A stretch of DNA of 64,000 nucleotides, from NCBI GenBank assembly GCA_963793685.1, contig CAWCBJ010000004.1, positions 82,618-146,617 on the forward strand. Direction: 5' to 3'. The stretch comes from an uncultured Gammaproteobacteria bacterium. Its GTDB lineage: Bacteria > Pseudomonadota > Gammaproteobacteria > Steroidobacterales > Steroidobacteraceae. Under the pieces are notes generated by a model. The model searched no databases. It had not been told where the DNA came from and worked only from the letters and a program-made list of their open reading frames with translations. Below, in pieces: positions 29,030 to 39,159 of this stretch (position 1 is the stretch's first letter; each line of letters begins with the position of its first letter). The translations under genes were made by a program, and so were the position numbers.

Positions 29030-29671
29030 ATGATACCAAATTGGCCGCCCGCGATGCCGCGTAACGGAGCAAATCCGCTGGCGCCGTTCGCGGAGGCTCT
29101 GCAATGGGATCGCGGCCGCTGGATTTGGTTGCTTTTAATTTTACTGACTCTCGATCTGATGTTGGCTCTTGGCGACAGTGTCGGCCAGGCGCTGCGTTAC
29201 GATCGCGGCGCCATCGCGGCGGGGGGATGGTGGCGGTTGCTCACCGCCCACGCGGTTCACCTCGACTTGCATCACCTGCTGCTGAACGAGCTGGGTCTGG
29301 TGCTGATGTGGTCGTTGTTCGCTCGAGATTACGATCCGGTGGAATGGTGCGTAATCGTTCTGTCCGGCGCCTTGGCGATCAGTTGCGGTTTGTGGTGGCT
29401 GAGCCCGCGCGTCACCTGGTATGTCGGCGCCTCGGGCGTGCTGCACTCGGTCATGGCCGCAGGCTGCGCCAAGCATTTGGCGGAGCGCGCTTGGGATCGC
29501 TGGCTTCTGTTGATCGCCCTTTGCGCCAAATTGGCCTATGAACAGTTGACCGGCCATGCGGCGCCCATGATTGTCGTCGACGCCCACTTGTACGGCTCGG
29601 CCGCCGGTTTTGTGGTCGGGGCTGCACTCTCGTGGCGTATCGCTATAATTCGCCACCGCTCTATCAACTAG
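29030..29671 (+). CDS. rrtA: rhomboid-family intramembrane serine protease, rhombosortase-like
   Basis: About 205-213 aa, six hydrophobic segments. WWRLLTAHAVHLDLHHLLLNE, catalytic-Ser motif GASGVLHS and C-terminal DAHLYGSAAGFVVGA (His). No extra soluble domain, as in rhombosortases. Start is 29030 or 29054. Confidence 0.6.
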   Translation: MIPNWPPAMPRNGANPLAPFAEALQWDRGRWIWLLLILLTLDLMLALGDSVGQALRYDRGAIAAGGWWRLLTAHAVHLDLHHLLLNELGLVLMWSLFARDYDPVEWCVIVLSGALAISCGLWWLSPRVTWYVGASGVLHSVMAAGCAKHLAERAWDRWLLLIALCAKLAYEQLTGHAAPMIVVDAHLYGSAAGFVVGAALSWRIAIIRHRSIN

Positions 29672-29684
29672 AGGCCCGCACGCA

Positions 29685-30626
29685 ATGTCACTCGCCTTCG
29701 TTTTCCCGGGCCAGGGCTCGCAATCGGTCGGTATGATGAGCGCTTTGGCAAGAATATCGCCGGTCATCGAGGCGACCTTCGCACAAGCCTCGGAGGTACT
29801 GGGTTATGACTTATGGAAGCGCTGCCAGCAGGGCCCGGTCGACGCCTTGAATGCGACGGAGTGCACTCAGCCGGCGATGTTGACCGCCGGCGTAGCCACC
29901 TATCGGCTGTGGATCGAGCGCGGCGGCGCTCGCCCCAGCCTCATGGCCGGGCACAGCCTAGGGGAGTGGAGTGCGCTGGTGGCGGCAGGCAGTCTCGAAT
30001 TCAGTACCGCGGTCGATCTGGTCAGGTTTCGCGCCGAAGCCATGCAGGCTGCGGTGCCCAAGGGTCAAGGCGCCATGGCAGCCATTCTGGGGCTGGAGGA
30101 TGCCGACGTTGAAGCCGCCTGTCGCGAGGCGGGGCATGGCGAGGTGGTCGAGGCCGTGAATTTCAATGCGCCGGGGCAAGTCGTGATCGCCGGAGCGGCG
30201 CCCGCGGTCGTGCGTGCCATCGAGACCGCCACCGCCAAGGGCGCGCGCCGCGCGCTGACCTTGGCCGTAAGTGTCCCGGCGCATAGCTCGCTCATGGCGC
30301 CGGCCGCCGAGCTGCTGCGACTACGGCTCAACGGCGCACCGGTCGCCGCCGCCGCGGGCATCGCGGTGTACGGTGTCGACCTGAAGACGCATGCCGAACC
30401 CGCGGAGATCCGCGCCGGCCTCGTCAAACAGCTGCATACGCCGGTTTATTGGGCCGCGACCGTTCGCACGATGATTGCCGCGGGCGCCACGCACATCGTC
30501 GAATGCGGACCCGGCAAGGTGTTGACGTCGTTGAATCGCCGCATCGACAAGAATCGAGATCTGAAAATGCTGGCGCTCGAGGACCCGCAATCCTTCGATG
30601 AAGCGCTCGCGCTAGTTATTTCTTAA
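29685..30626 (+). CDS. fabD: malonyl CoA-ACP transacylase
   Basis: FPGQGSQ and GHSLGEWSA motifs. Confidence 0.95.
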   Translation: MSLAFVFPGQGSQSVGMMSALARISPVIEATFAQASEVLGYDLWKRCQQGPVDALNATECTQPAMLTAGVATYRLWIERGGARPSLMAGHSLGEWSALVAAGSLEFSTAVDLVRFRAEAMQAAVPKGQGAMAAILGLEDADVEAACREAGHGEVVEAVNFNAPGQVVIAGAAPAVVRAIETATAKGARRALTLAVSVPAHSSLMAPAAELLRLRLNGAPVAAAAGIAVYGVDLKTHAEPAEIRAGLVKQLHTPVYWAATVRTMIAAGATHIVECGPGKVLTSLNRRIDKNRDLKMLALEDPQSFDEALALVIS

Positions 30627-30655
30627 GGAGAATTTCACATGCCGAACGGTCTCCC

Positions 30656-31390
30656 ATGCTGAACGGAGAAGTCGCGTTGGTGACGGGCGCCTCTCGCGGG
30701 ATTGGTGCGGCCATCGCCAGACGCTTGAGCGCGGATGGCGCCCGCGTGGTAGGCACCGCGACCACGACCGAGGGTGCATCGCGGATCAGCGAAACGTTGG
30801 CCGCGCGCGGGGGCCGCGGCGCGGTTCTCGATGTCGTGAGTCAGGAGTCGATCGATGCGCTCATCGCCGACGTCGAATCGCACGAGGGGCCCATCGGCAT
30901 TCTGTGCAACAACGCCGGCATCACCCGCGACACATTGTTGCTGCGCATGAAACCGGAGGACTGGGACGCGGTGCTGCAGACGAATCTTGCATCGGTGTTC
31001 AAGCTCTCCAAGGCGGTTTTGCGCGGCATGATGAAGGCTCGCAGGGGCCGCATTATCAGCATTGCATCGATCGTGGGGCTCACCGGAAATCCCGGTCAGA
31101 CCAACTATGCGGCGGCCAAGGCGGGCATCATCGGCTTTACCAAATCGCTGGCTCGAGAGGTCGGCTCGCGCGGCATCACGGCGAATGTCATCGCACCGGG
31201 GTTCATCGACACCGATATGACGCGGGCGCTGAATGAGGAGCAACGCACCGGCCTAAGCGCCCAGGTGCCGCTCGGCAGGTTGGGCCAACCGGAGGACATC
31301 GCGGCTGCGGTCGCGTTCTTGGCATCCCCCGAAGCGGCGTACATTACGGGGGAGACCCTGCATGTAAACGGCGGCATGTACATGGCCTAG
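30656..31390 (+). CDS. fabG: 3-oxoacyl-ACP reductase
   Basis: TGASRGIG, NNAG and YAAAKAG SDR motifs. Lies between fabD and acpP. Confidence 0.95.
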   Translation: MLNGEVALVTGASRGIGAAIARRLSADGARVVGTATTTEGASRISETLAARGGRGAVLDVVSQESIDALIADVESHEGPIGILCNNAGITRDTLLLRMKPEDWDAVLQTNLASVFKLSKAVLRGMMKARRGRIISIASIVGLTGNPGQTNYAAAKAGIIGFTKSLAREVGSRGITANVIAPGFIDTDMTRALNEEQRTGLSAQVPLGRLGQPEDIAAAVAFLASPEAAYITGETLHVNGGMYMA

Positions 31391-31612
31391 GGGGCATGAT
31401 GGGTCTGTAGCGCAGGCCCTCAAGAAAGGGCAATTGTCAAGACAGGTTGTGCCCGGCCAGGGGCAATTGCGCGTTCAAGGTAGCCGTCGCGGTCGCGTTC
31501 ACATAAAATACGCGCCCTGCCGATACCAGAGGGTGGCCACGGGCCCTTGATGCTATTGGGCACGTGTTTATTACTTTTCCCGACTGGGTTTTCCCGAAAG
31601 GACACCATAACA

Positions 31613-31855
31613 ATGAGTACTGTTGAGCAGCAGGTTAAGAAGATCGTGGCTGAGCAATTGGGCGTTAAAGAAGAAGAAGTCACCAATGATGCCTCGTTCG
31701 TCGACGATCTCGGCGCAGACTCGCTGGACACTGTCGAACTGGTCATGGCGCTCGAAGAGGAATTCGAGACCGAGATCCCGGACGAGGATGCCGAAAAAAT
31801 CACGACCGTTCAGCAAGCCATCGATTACATCAATTCGCATAAGGGTAAGGCCTAA
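31613..31855 (+). CDS. acpP: acyl carrier protein
   Basis: [18 protein letters not shown]...[20 protein letters not shown] (80 aa). Internal ATG of ORF 31547..31855. Confidence 0.95.
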   Translation: MSTVEQQVKKIVAEQLGVKEEEVTNDASFVDDLGADSLDTVELVMALEEEFETEIPDEDAEKITTVQQAIDYINSHKGKA

Positions 31856-31945
31856 ACCCATTGGGGCTAACGCAGCGACAAGGCCTCGAGGCGCGATATT
31901 CGCGTCGCTTGTCGGCATTCAAAGCATCCCACTGAGGAGTCGCGG

Positions 31946-33187
31946 TTGAGCAAACGGCGCGTGGTGGTTACGGGTCTCGGGATGGTGTCCCCCGTCGGAA
32001 ACGACGTCCGGTCGGCTTGGGCATCTATCGTCGCGGGCCGCAGCGGCATCGCTCCCGTGACTCGATTCGATACGACCAATTTCCCCACGCATTTCGGCGG
32101 CGAGATCCGCGAACTCGATCTTGCGCAATATTTGAGCCCGAAGGAAGCGCGGCGCATGGACGCCTTCATGCAGTATGGCGTCGTCGCCGGCGTTCAGGCC
32201 ATGCGCGATTCGGGAATGACGGTCACGGAGGCGAACTCGGCGCGCATCGGAGTCCTGATGGGTTCGGGCATGGGCGGGCTGGAGTCGATCGAGGAAACAT
32301 ACGACAAGTTTCTGGAGACTCACTCGCCCAAGAAGGTGTCGCCGTTCTTCATTCCCGCCAGCATCATCAACTTGGTGAGCGGTCATTTATCGATTGCCTT
32401 CAATCTCGCGGGCCCGAATCTTGCGGTTGCGACCGCCTGCACTACCTCCACGCATGCCATCGGTCTCGCGGCTCGGCTGATTCAGTACGGCGACGCGGAT
32501 GCGATGCTGGCGGGCGGCTCGGAAATGGCGACCTGCGTCACCGGCATGAGCGGTTTCGCGCAGGCCAAGGCATTGTCTCAACGCAACGATGACCCGCAAG
32601 GGGCGAGCCGCCCCTGGGACGAGGACCGCGATGGATTCGTGATGGGCGATGGCGCGGGCGCGATGATGCTCGAGGAATATGATCAGGCCAAGGCGCGCGG
32701 TGCGAACATCTATGCCGAGGTGCGAGGCTTCGGCATGAGCGGCGACGCCTACCACGTCACGGCGCCGCCCGAGACCGGCGAGGGCGCGCGCAAGTCGATG
32801 GTCAACGCATTGGCCGACGCGAAAATCAATGCCGATCAAGTGCAGTATGTCAATGCGCACGCGACCTCGACCGAATTGGGCGATCGCGCCGAGACCACGG
32901 CGATCCACCGCGCATTCGGCCCGGCCGCCGCGAAGTTGGCGGTGAGTTCGACCAAGTCGATGACGGGGCACTTGCTGGGCGCCGCCGGAGTGGTGGAAGC
33001 CATTTTTTGCGTTCTCGCGCTGCGCGACCAAACCGCTCCTCCAACCATCAATTTGGACCAGCCCGGCGAGGGCTGTGATCTCGACTACGTGCCCAAGCAC
33101 GCGAGACAGATGGCAATCGAGTACGCGCTGTCCAATTCATTCGGCTTTGGTGGCACCAACGGTTCGCTCATTTTCCGCCGAATTTGA
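31946..33187 (+). CDS. fabF: 3-oxoacyl-ACP synthase II
   Basis: TTG start behind [18 protein letters not shown], active-site [11 protein letters not shown]-terminal [14 protein letters not shown]. Confidence 0.95.
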   Translation: MSKRRVVVTGLGMVSPVGNDVRSAWASIVAGRSGIAPVTRFDTTNFPTHFGGEIRELDLAQYLSPKEARRMDAFMQYGVVAGVQAMRDSGMTVTEANSARIGVLMGSGMGGLESIEETYDKFLETHSPKKVSPFFIPASIINLVSGHLSIAFNLAGPNLAVATACTTSTHAIGLAARLIQYGDADAMLAGGSEMATCVTGMSGFAQAKALSQRNDDPQGASRPWDEDRDGFVMGDGAGAMMLEEYDQAKARGANIYAEVRGFGMSGDAYHVTAPPETGEGARKSMVNALADAKINADQVQYVNAHATSTELGDRAETTAIHRAFGPAAAKLAVSSTKSMTGHLLGAAGVVEAIFCVLALRDQTAPPTINLDQPGEGCDLDYVPKHARQMAIEYALSNSFGFGGTNGSLIFRRI

Positions 33188-34509
33188 GCCACTGGGCCTG
33201 GTCGCGCAGTTTCCCGATATATATCCGGGACTGCTCGAAAGCAGCGCTCCCATTGGCCGCGCAACCGGCAGCGGCCGCTTCGATATCCTCCCCATCAGCA
33301 ACGGCGAGTGTTTGCGCCTGGATGCCGATCGCCGCCTGTCCGGACCGCACGCCGCGGCAGCATGTGGATTTTTGGGCGCGTTGGACAATTGGTGGCGGTC
33401 GCTGCGTGCGGCGGGCGAGCCGGCCTCCTTGCCGTTCACCGGAGGTTGGCTGTTGTATCTGGGCTACGAACTGGCCGACGAAATCGAACCGCGCTTGCGG
33501 CTGCCGCCAAGCGCCGATCCGCTCGTAGCGCTCGCGATTCGCGCACCCGCGGCGTGGATCCGCGACCGCCACAGTCAGCGGGCTTGGGTTGTCGCGGAAT
33601 CGGGCTGGGAATTCGTGATTGAACGCTTTGCCGAGGATGTACGTCGCGCCGGCGCATCGGTTGGCGCCGCGGCGTCGCGTTTCGAGCTGTACGAGGAGGA
33701 TCCGGCGCAGTTTCTGCATGCGGTCGAACGCGCGCTCGACTACATTGGCGCGGGAGATGTGTACCAAGCCAATTTATCGCGCCAGTGGCGGGGATCTTCG
33801 ACCGCGCCGGTCGATCCGGCGGCGATATATGAGCGGCTACGCGCGGTCAATCCCAGTCCGTTTGCGGCGCTGGTGCGCGTCGGCGATTTTGCCTTGATCA
33901 GCTCCTCGCCGGAGCGATTGTTGTCGATTCGCGATGGCGTCGTCTCGACGCGTCCGATCGCCGGAACCCGACCGCGCGGCGCATCCCCGGATCGTGATGC
34001 GGCGCTGATCGAATCCTTGCTCCACAATGAAAAGGAGCGGGCGGAGCACGTCATGTTGATCGATCTGGAACGCAACGATTTGGGTCGGATATGCGTCGGC
34101 GGTTCGGTGCGGGTCGATGAGTACATGGCAGTGGAATCCTACGCCCACGTGCATCACATCGTTTCCAATGTCCGCGGCCTTTTGCGCCAGCGGCGTGTCG
34201 CCTATTGATGCCATTCGCGCCATGTTTCCCGGCGGCACCATCACCGGGTGCCCCAAAGTCCGCTGCATGGAGATCATTGCCGAACTCGAAGGCGCCGGTC
34301 GCGGAGCCTATACGGGCGCGGTCGGCTATTTGAATCGGGACGGCAGTTGCGACCTCAACATTTTGATCCGCACGATTACCGCCCGAAGCAACGCCTTGAA
34401 GTTTCGCGCCGGCGCCGGAATCGTCGCCGATTCGAATCCCATGCAGGAACTCGCCGAAACGCGCGCCAAGGCCGAAGGTCTGTTGCGCGCCTTGAAGGCG
34501 GAAACTTGA
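33150..34509 (+). pseudogene. pabB: aminodeoxychorismate synthase component I, +1 frameshift near 34188-34193
   Basis: ...ERAEHVMLIDLERNDLGRIC...YAHVHHIVSNVRGLLRQ, then the next frame reads GVSPIDAIRAMFPGGTITGCPKVRCMEIIAELE...RGAYTGAVGY. The span is 1360 nt = 3n+1. The start (GTG 33150 or TTG 33147) overlaps the fabF 3' end and is uncertain. Confidence 0.8.
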
Positions 34510-35330
34510 ACACGTGGATCAATGGCCGCTCTCGCAAGTTGATCGATTATCGCGATCGCGGCCTGCAATACGGGGATGGTGTGTTCGAGACCATGCGAGT
34601 GCGTCGCCGCCGCGTACGCTTGTTGGACTTTCACCTGGATAGGCTGTTCGAGGGCTGCCGCCGCCTCAGGATCGAACCGCCGAGCGCCGGGCGGCTGCGC
34701 CGGGAGCTCGAATCGCGTGCGGCGATGCGCGCCGACGCGGTGCTCAAGCTGATCGTGACCCGCGGACCCGGATCACGCGGCTATCGACCGAGCGGCGAGG
34801 AGCGCTGCACACGGGTAATTTCGCTGCATGCGCCGCCTGCGCGCGACGCTGTCGCAGCGGCGTACCCGGCGGTGCGGGTGCGCATGTGCGCCACCCGGCT
34901 CGGTATCAACCCGATGCTGGCGGGCATCAAGACGCTCAATCGCCTCGAATCGGTGATGGCGCGCAGCGAATGGAGTGACCGACGCGTTTGGGAGGGATTG
35001 CTGCGCGATCTCGACGGCAATATTGTCTGCGGCACCATGTCGAACTTGTTCATCAGAAGCGGGTCGTATTTGATGACGCCGATCCTCGATCGGTGCGGTA
35101 TCGCGGGTGTCATGCGACGTTGGGTATTGATGCAGGCAAAGGATTTCGGCCTGCGCCCGCTCGAAGGCCGGCTACGCTGGAACCAGATGGTCGAGGCGGA
35201 GGAGGCATTCATGACCAACGCCGTTGCCGGTGTCGTGTCCGTTGCACTCTTTCGGGATGGAGCCGAGCGCATTCGCTTCCAGAACCAGGACAGCGCGCGC
35301 GCGCTGCGCGCGCGCTTGGAGGCACTGTGA
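34506..35330 (+). CDS. pabC: aminodeoxychorismate lyase
   Basis: The TTG at 34506 overlaps the pabB stop. (M)NTWINGRSRKLIDYRDRGLQYGDGVFETMRV is a typical class-IV aminotransferase-fold PabC N-terminus. Confidence 0.85.
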   Translation: MNTWINGRSRKLIDYRDRGLQYGDGVFETMRVRRRRVRLLDFHLDRLFEGCRRLRIEPPSAGRLRRELESRAAMRADAVLKLIVTRGPGSRGYRPSGEERCTRVISLHAPPARDAVAAAYPAVRVRMCATRLGINPMLAGIKTLNRLESVMARSEWSDRRVWEGLLRDLDGNIVCGTMSNLFIRSGSYLMTPILDRCGIAGVMRRWVLMQAKDFGLRPLEGRLRWNQMVEAEEAFMTNAVAGVVSVALFRDGAERIRFQNQDSARALRARLEAL

Positions 35331-36352
35331 AGACATGGCGCGTCGTTGCGGCGTTCGCGCTGCTGTTGCTCGTTGCGGCGGGAGGGGTATTTTGGAGCGG
35401 TTTCAACAGTCTCGACGAACCGTTGAGACTTTCCGCCCCGCTGCGGTTCAAGGTGGCCGTCGGCGCCCGATTCGCGCACGTCGCGGCGGACCTCGCCTCA
35501 CGAGGGGTTATCGCACAGCCGCATGCCTGGGTGCTGTACGCGCGCTGGAAGGGACTTGCATCCGACATCAAGGCCGGAGAGTATGAAATAGAGCCGGGCA
35601 CCACAGCGCGCGCGCTGCTCGATAAGATGGTCAGCGGCCAAGTGCTGTTGCATTCGTTCACCATCGTCGACGGTTGGCGCGTACAGGATCTGCTGGCCGC
35701 GCTGAGGAGAAATACCGATATCGATTCGACGCTGCCTTCGTCTTCGAAGGATTTGATGGGGAAGCTGGGGGACCCGGGGATCGATGCGGAAGGACAGTTC
35801 TTGCCCGAAACCTACCGCTTTCCGAGCGGCACGAGCGACCTTGAACTGCTGCGCCAAGCGCATTTGGCGCTGAGGCACGAATTGGCGGCGGCGTGGGCGG
35901 ATCGCGACCCATCCACACCGCTGCGCGATCCCGAGGAGTTGCTGATCATGGCGTCCATCGTTCAAAAGGAGAGTGGCCTTGCCCAGGAGCTGCCGAGAAT
36001 TGCCGGTCTTTATTTGAACCGCTTGCGCATCGGCATGCGATTGCAGGCGGATCCCACCGTCATTTACGGATTGGGCGAACTCTACGACGGGGAGCTGCGA
36101 ACCGTCGATCTGCGCACCGACGGACCTTACAATACGTATACGCGCAGCGGTCTGCCGCCGACACCGATCGCCCTGGTCGGCGCCGCCGCCATTCGAGCCA
36201 CCGCTCGTCCGGAGCAAACCGACGCGATGTATTTCGTGGCTTCAGGCCGGGGCGATGGCAGCCATGTGTTTTCGGCCACGCTCGAAAAGCACAACGCCGC
36301 CGTCGCGCAATATCTCGCGCGCCAGCGCCAGAAGGCGGCGGCTGCGCAATGA
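35327..36352 (+). CDS. mltG: endolytic murein transglycosylase MltG (YceG family)
   Basis: The GTG at 35327 overlaps the pabC stop. N-terminal TM, then IKAGEYEIEPGTTARALLDKMVSGQV, MASIVQKES, DPTVIYG and YNTYTRSGLPPTPI. Confidence 0.9.
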   Translation: MKTWRVVAAFALLLLVAAGGVFWSGFNSLDEPLRLSAPLRFKVAVGARFAHVAADLASRGVIAQPHAWVLYARWKGLASDIKAGEYEIEPGTTARALLDKMVSGQVLLHSFTIVDGWRVQDLLAALRRNTDIDSTLPSSSKDLMGKLGDPGIDAEGQFLPETYRFPSGTSDLELLRQAHLALRHELAAAWADRDPSTPLRDPEELLIMASIVQKESGLAQELPRIAGLYLNRLRIGMRLQADPTVIYGLGELYDGELRTVDLRTDGPYNTYTRSGLPPTPIALVGAAAIRATARPEQTDAMYFVASGRGDGSHVFSATLEKHNAAVAQYLARQRQKAAAAQ

Positions 36353-37026
36353 GCGACCAGGCGTCAATGAGGGATGCGCAAGGGCGTTTCTTGACGATCG
36401 AGGGAATCGAAGGGGTAGGCAAGACCACGCAGCTCGCCCGCCTCTCGAAAATATTGTCCGATCGCGGCATTGCGTACGTGATGACCCGCGAACCCGGCGG
36501 TACGCCTCTTGCCGAGAAGATCCGAGAGCTGGTGCTAGGATCGCGCGGCGAAGCATTGCCCGATACGGCGGAATTATTGCTCATGTTCGCCGCACGCGCG
36601 CTGCATCTTCGGCACTTGATCGAACCGAATTTGGCCGCCGGTCGGTGGGTGCTGTGCGATCGATTCACGGATGCCACCTATGCGTATCAGGGAGCGGGAC
36701 GCGGCCTCGGCGACGACCCTGTCCGCCGCCTGGAGCTGCTGGTGCAGGGAGCCAGGCGGCCCGACCTTACGTTGTTGCTCGATGTGCCGGTGGCGATTGG
36801 ATTGCAGCGCGCCCGGCGGCGCAACGCAGGCACCGGTATCGAGCGTCCCGACGAGGATCGCTTTGAGCGGCAGCGTGCGGAATTCTTTGAGCGCGTGCGC
36901 GCCGCTTACCTGGCGCGTGCGGCAGCGGAGCCTCTGCGCATGGCGGTGATCGATGCCGGCCGTTCGACGGACGAGGTCACGGAGCAAATTATCTCAGTGC
37001 TGCGCGCGAGAACATGGATTTCCTGA
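36349..37026 (+). CDS. tmk: thymidylate kinase
   Basis: The ATG at 36349 overlaps the mltG stop (ATGA). FLTIEGIEGVGKTTQ P-loop and TREPGGTPLAEKIR. Confidence 0.95.
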   Translation: MSDQASMRDAQGRFLTIEGIEGVGKTTQLARLSKILSDRGIAYVMTREPGGTPLAEKIRELVLGSRGEALPDTAELLLMFAARALHLRHLIEPNLAAGRWVLCDRFTDATYAYQGAGRGLGDDPVRRLELLVQGARRPDLTLLLDVPVAIGLQRARRRNAGTGIERPDEDRFERQRAEFFERVRAAYLARAAAEPLRMAVIDAGRSTDEVTEQIISVLRARTWIS

Positions 37027-37997
37027 GCGCCGATTCCCTGCCATGGCTGCACGGGCCGCAACAGCGGGTGCGGGAGGCCGCGTCGGCGCGGCGGCTGCCG
37101 CATGCCCTGTTGATCTTGAGCGTGCCCGGTCTCGGCGCGGAGCAATTGGCGAATTGGATCGCCGCTTTAACGCTGTGCGATTCGGACGCCCGGCGCCCGT
37201 GCGGCGCCTGCCCCTCGTGCCACTTGTTGCGCGCCGGAAGCCATCCGGATTGCTACCTGGTGCGAATCGAAGAGGATGCACAGCAAATCAAAGTGGATCA
37301 GATTCGCAATCTGATCGAATCGTTGTCCCTCTCGAGCTATCGCGGCGGCTACAAGGTCGCAATAGTCGAAGCTGCGGAAGCACTCAATGCAAACGGCGCC
37401 AATGCCTTTTTGAAGACACTGGAGGAGCCGACGGACAATACGCTGCTGATCATGGTCGCCGCACCGAGCCATCGCCTGCCGGCGACCATCGTCAGCCGCT
37501 GCATGCGCCTGCCGTTGCGTGCGCCGGCGAGGCCCGCGGCCGTCGCCTGGCTGGAGGACCGTGGACAGAACCGCCAGAATTGGGATGCGGCGCTTGCGTT
37601 GGCCGGAGGCGCGCCCCTATTGGCCTTGGAGATTGAGAGCGTGGGCATCGCCGCGCTCGAGAAAGAGATGCAGGAAAATCTTCGACAAATGGCCGCGGGT
37701 GCGGTGGACGTCACCCTGATCGCGGGCGCCTGGGTGAGGTCCGAGCAGAACCTTCGACTGATTTGGCTTGAGAACTGGATCACACAGCGCATACATGCGT
37801 TCCTCGGTACAGCCACTTCGCTGCAAAGTGCGGAACCCGTCCGCTTGCCTGCCGCTTTACTTAAGCCCAAGATAAGGGCTCTATTCGAGCTGTTGGACGC
37901 CGCACGCGAGTTGCGGCGGCTAGCGGCGACCGGGTTGAACCAACAACTGGCGCTGGAGGCTCTGCTGCTTGGCGGTAGGGCCGCGCTGGCGAAGTAA
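37014..37997 (+). CDS. holB: DNA polymerase III delta-prime subunit
   Basis: 327 aa. LPHALLILSVPGLGAEQLA, Zn-module CGACPSCHLL, NAFLKTLEEP. 13-nt overlap with tmk. Confidence 0.9.
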   Translation: MDFLSADSLPWLHGPQQRVREAASARRLPHALLILSVPGLGAEQLANWIAALTLCDSDARRPCGACPSCHLLRAGSHPDCYLVRIEEDAQQIKVDQIRNLIESLSLSSYRGGYKVAIVEAAEALNANGANAFLKTLEEPTDNTLLIMVAAPSHRLPATIVSRCMRLPLRAPARPAAVAWLEDRGQNRQNWDAALALAGGAPLLALEIESVGIAALEKEMQENLRQMAAGAVDVTLIAGAWVRSEQNLRLIWLENWITQRIHAFLGTATSLQSAEPVRLPAALLKPKIRALFELLDAARELRRLAATGLNQQLALEALLLGGRAALAK

Positions 37998-38020
37998 GTA
38001 ATTTGTGGGAATAGCAGGAA

Positions 38021-38371
38021 TTGAGAAGTCCAAGTAATAAACCCGGGTTGCTGACCCTCACGATCAAGGACAAGAGCGCGCTTTACCTCGCGTACATGCC
38101 GTTCGTGAAAAACGGCGGGCTGTTCATCCCCACCAATAGCAACTATCGCCTGGGCGATGAAGTATTCATGCTGCTCAACCTAATGGGCGAGGAAGAAAAG
38201 CTTCCGGTCGCGGGGCGGGTGATTTGGATGACCCCTAAGGGGGCCCAGGGCAAGCGCACCGCCGGGATCGGGGTGCAGTTCAGCGATCAGGACCGCGGCA
38301 ATACGCAGAAGAAGATCGAGAATTACTTGGCCGGCGCGTTGGGTGGAGATAAGCCGACTCACACGATGTGA
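38021..38371 (+). CDS. pilZ: PilZ-domain protein (type IV pilus assembly PilZ-like)
   Basis: TTG start. LTLTIKDKSALYLAYMPFVKNGGLFIPT resembles the Pseudomonas-type PilZ found after holB. Confidence 0.85.
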   Translation: MRSPSNKPGLLTLTIKDKSALYLAYMPFVKNGGLFIPTNSNYRLGDEVFMLLNLMGEEEKLPVAGRVIWMTPKGAQGKRTAGIGVQFSDQDRGNTQKKIENYLAGALGGDKPTHTM

Positions 38372-38388
38372 GCCCCGGCGCCACGCGC

Positions 38389-38994
38389 TCATACCTGGCT
38401 GATGATCTTTGCCTTCAGGGTCTCGTACTCGCTGTCGGAAATTAAACCGGCGTCGAGCATCGCCTTGGCCTGTTGCAACCGTTGAGCGGTATCACCCGCA
38501 GTGCTGTCGGGAACAGCCCCGGCGAGGTTGCCGACCTGAACCCCGCCGGCGCGTGCCCGCATCTCCTCAAGGTCCCGGATGCGGCGCTTTTCGCGCCACG
38601 CTTGGTCATGGCCCTGCGCTATGCGGTAGAGCGCTTCAGCCTGGTCCTTGCGCAGCCCCTCGTAAACAACGGTGCTCGTTTGCGCCGAAGCTGAAGCCAG
38701 GTCGGGACTCGAGAACGCCTCGAGCGTCAGTCGGGCCCCGACAATGCCGACATCGATTTTGACGGTCTTGAGATCCTGCCAACGGATGTCGGTCAAATTG
38801 AAGCCGCCGAACAATCCGCGCTCGAGCGCTAGGAATCGCCCGCTGGTCGCCGCTACGACTCGGCGGCGGTGCTTTAGCGCGAATAGGCGCCGTTGAATCG
38901 CCCAAGCTTCGAGCGTCTCGTTTGCCGTTAGTACCGAATTGAGATGCTCGAGCGCGCGGCGCGTGCCGCCATCCTCGCCGGCCAATGTACTCAT
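38389..38994 (-). CDS. bacterial PH-like domain protein with C-terminal SHOCT domain
   Basis: 201 aa. N-terminal region LEAWAIQRRLFALKHRRRVVAATSGRFLALERG...WQDLKTVKIDVGIVGARLTLE is bPH-like. The C-terminus AKAMLDAGLISDSEYETLKAKII is a SHOCT motif. Confidence 0.6.
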   Translation of the reverse strand: MSTLAGEDGGTRRALEHLNSVLTANETLEAWAIQRRLFALKHRRRVVAATSGRFLALERGLFGGFNLTDIRWQDLKTVKIDVGIVGARLTLEAFSSPDLASASAQTSTVVYEGLRKDQAEALYRIAQGHDQAWREKRRIRDLEEMRARAGGVQVGNLAGAVPDSTAGDTAQRLQQAKAMLDAGLISDSEYETLKAKIISQV

Positions 38995-39159
38995 TGCGTG
39001 CTCCCATTGCCTGTGCGTCGCGGCCGAAGGGATCGCTCCGCCGGCTCGTTTTCCTATGGTGGCACAGTCCGCTCGTCCATGCGACGCGGAAGGCCGTACA
39101 CCGCGAGCAATCTCCTCATACTTCAGGGCGTTTAAGCAATGCCGCGGGGACGGCGCCCG

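Noticed and set aside
31876-31914. Compound hairpin (CGACAAG...CGCGA-TAT-TCGCG...CTTGTCG) after acpP as a terminator or attenuator
   Set aside because: The stems are short (7 bp and 5 bp) with no trailing T-run. It may modulate acpP/fabF expression, but the sequence alone does not support calling a terminator.
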